Position numbers and translations under genes: made by a program
In this document: positions 61,411 through 64,000 of the stretch, one piece after another
How positions within the stretch are numbered: position 1 is the stretch's first letter
How the letters are laid out: each line of letters begins with the position of its first letter
DNA from: Octopus bimaculoides
Taxonomy: Eukaryota
NCBI RefSeq assembly: GCF_001194135.2
Contig: NC_068984.1
Span: 56,072,139-56,136,138, forward strand
Length of the DNA: 64,000 bases
Direction of reading: 5' to 3'
The notes under the pieces: model-generated
Told to the model about the DNA's origin: nothing
The model's database searches: none
The model's input: the letters and a program-made list of their open reading frames with translations, nothing else

Positions 61411-63559
61411 CCAAGGTACCACTACAGACACACACATACATGCACGTGCATACATACAACTAGTTTCCATGTAGTTTCTACCGACCAACTTCACTCACAA
61501 AGCATTAGTTGTCCTGAATCAATAGAAGTTATTTTCTCAAGATTCCATACTCTGGAACAGGTCCTTAGGCCACATTGTTGTGGAATGAACTTCTTAAGCA
61601 CACATCCATACCAGCACATAGGCATTTCCCCTGCATCTGTCTTCAGCTGAGCGATCCTAATCTTGTGAGCTCATGGGTGTTGGTTTCATGTAAAAAGTAC
61701 CCATGCCGGTGCCATATAAAAGTGCCCATGCCAGTACACTCAGTAAAGTGGTTGGCATTAGGAAGGGAGCCCAGACAGCTCTTTAGCGGGCCTTCTCTTG
61801 TCAAACCATCCAACCCATTCCACCATGGAAAACAGAAGTTAAATTATGATTATGGTGGTGGTGGCGGTGGCAGCAGTGGTGGTAGTGGTGTGTGTGTGTG
61901 TGTGTGTATTCATTCCTTTAGACATGCAATGTTGAAAACATGACTTGACTTCTTTAATAGTAGATTTCCAATATTTACTCAAAATTTTGTCCAACTTTCA
62001 AGTATGCTTCTCTCTCATTTTGAAGACATGTCATCAAATTTACCATGCTATGAAGCACTCTTGAGATTGAGACGAAATCTATAAACTATTGAATATTATT
62101 TACAGTTCAATAAATAGCAAAATTTTAAAATTGACAAAATCTGACAAGAAAATACTGAATCTGTACTATACTTACATTTTTATGTCTACAAGTTTAGGAG
62201 CATGTGTGTGTTTGTCTGAGAAGGGGTGATATGTGTGTATGAGATACATGTAATTTGAACCTACATATAAACATTCACTCGAAGTGCATATTCTGCATGC
62301 TTATATTTTCCTGTGGCATACAAGCAAATATAATATAGGTACATATGCATGGCATGTATGTATATTTTGAATATGCTGCAGTTTAGGCCAAATGAACCTG
62401 GACATTCATTGATCACTGCTCTTGGGCACCACTAAATGGGATGATACCATCACAATAGGCACTATCAGAGGGATTGACAATGCCAAAATTGTTGTAATCT
62501 CCAGTCAACAGCTGATGAATTGGTTCTCCTGGAGAGCAAGTTGCATGTCATTATCATCATCATCCCCATTATAATTATCCTTTATATGCTTCCTTTTTTT
62601 TTCTATTGACATTGTTTCAATTAGTTTATAAATTAATGAAAAATTTAGTGAAATAGATTTGTCATTATTAAATTGGTGTGTAGAACATAAATTAAAATGA
62701 AAGTTTGAAGGAAAATTTTGATTTAGACCACTTTAAAACAGGAATTCTATATCAAAGAACAAAGGGCAATCTGACGTGGGTTAGCCAGATACCCTTCCTG
62801 ATGGCAGCCTTTATTTGTTTCTTGAAATGGTATTGATGTGACTAGCCCATAAGACTTTCTTGATAAAGAGAATATCCATTTTCTATTCATGATGAAATTA
62901 ATAGCTCATAGTTAACATTATCTTACACATAAAATTGTATGTTTGTCAAATTCAAGAAAGAAAACTATGAATAATTTTAATCAATAAGAAATTTCATTTC
63001 TTTTATTGAATTTCTATTTTAGTTTCAATTGCAATTTCTGTCCAACTCTCTCTAATCTTTTTTATGCATTATCTTAGGTTGTTTTTTTTTAGTTTAGTTG
63101 CTTATATATTTTTTAAAAAATAAAAATAAAATAAAACTCATAAAAATATACTAGGAGGGTAAAGAAAAATGCTGTTTGAATTCATATGAAATTAAGGCTT
63201 GGAACTAAGAATTCTAAATGAAACTGTTAACTCCAAGCTGCCAATACTGTCTTAGTTAACAGAAGATGCAAGAGAGACCAAATGGCTTTGAAGTTTGTTT
63301 TATAATAAGATCCTTGATCAGTTCCACTGCTTACCATCTTAGACAAGTGTCTTTTAGCATAGCCTCAAGTCAACCTAATCATTGTGAGTGAAATTGGGTA
63401 CATACAAACTGTTTGAAAGATTTTTGAATTGATAGCACCTATTCTTCCAGCTTTGTCATATGTTGTCTAACTGATTCTCCCAGTGAATTACTTAAGGATA
63501 CATATATTTGTAGAATATTCAGCCAGCTATATGTTATGTCAATAAGTAGGCCAGTTATG

Positions 63560-63775
63560 GTAGCGAGTTGGCAGAATTGTTAGCATGCAGGGCAAAACAC
63601 TTAGTGGCATTTCATTCATCTTTACGTTCTGAGTTCAAATTCCACCAAGGTCAACTTTGCCTTTTGTCCTTTCAGAGTCGATAAATAAATACCAGTTGAG
63701 CTCTGGGGTCGATGTAATCGACTTAGCCACTTCCCTGAAGTTGCTAGCCTTGTGCCAAAATTTGAAACCAAAAAG
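63560..63775 (+). mobile_element. SINE family C
   Basis: GCGAGTTGGCAGAATTGTTAGC...GAGTTCAAATTCC...GGGGTCGATGTAATCGACTT. Confidence 0.85.
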
Positions 63776-64000
63776 TAGGCCAGCTATTCCATAGCTTGAA
63801 TAATTGGAACACTCTTCATTGAAATTGACCGAGATCAATTGTCTTTTAGCTTTTACTTGTTTCAGTCACTGGACTATAAAGGATTTTAGTTGAACAAATC
63901 AACCCCAGAACGTTTTTAAGCTTAGTAATTATTCTGTTGGTCTCTTTTGCTAAACCACTATGTTATGAGGATACAAACAAACCAATACCAGTTGTGAAGC

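Noticed and set aside
1-64000. CRISPR arrays, rRNA genes or conserved miRNAs
   Set aside because: No regularly spaced repeat-spacer array, no rRNA-like sequence and no conserved miRNA seen by eye; an Rfam/miRBase search would be needed to exclude them fully

Overview
AT-rich, microsatellite-dense eukaryotic draft-assembly DNA with nine N-gaps. The interspersed repeats look like those of Octopus (inference from recognising the repeats, not a database hit). I could not identify any host protein-coding gene. Almost all ORFs in the supplied track are translations of microsatellites, SINEs or gaps; the recognisable ones are decayed transposon proteins: mariner DD34D-type, maT DD37D, R4-like and CRE-like restriction-like endonuclease domains, RTE ORF2 ends and a Ty3/Gypsy integrase. 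The window holds several tRNA-headed SINE families that swap heads and tails, several MITEs and long inverted repeats. The most notable signals are two unrelated minimal type I hammerhead ribozyme motifs. One sits in a Penelope-like terminal repeat next to (TA)n (13747-13791). The other is carried by a short element with a tRNA-like Pol III head and a Penelope-like tail (5765-6050 and 56637-56897). Family labels A-F, H1/H2 and T1/T2 are my own working names. Ends of degenerate repeats are approximate.
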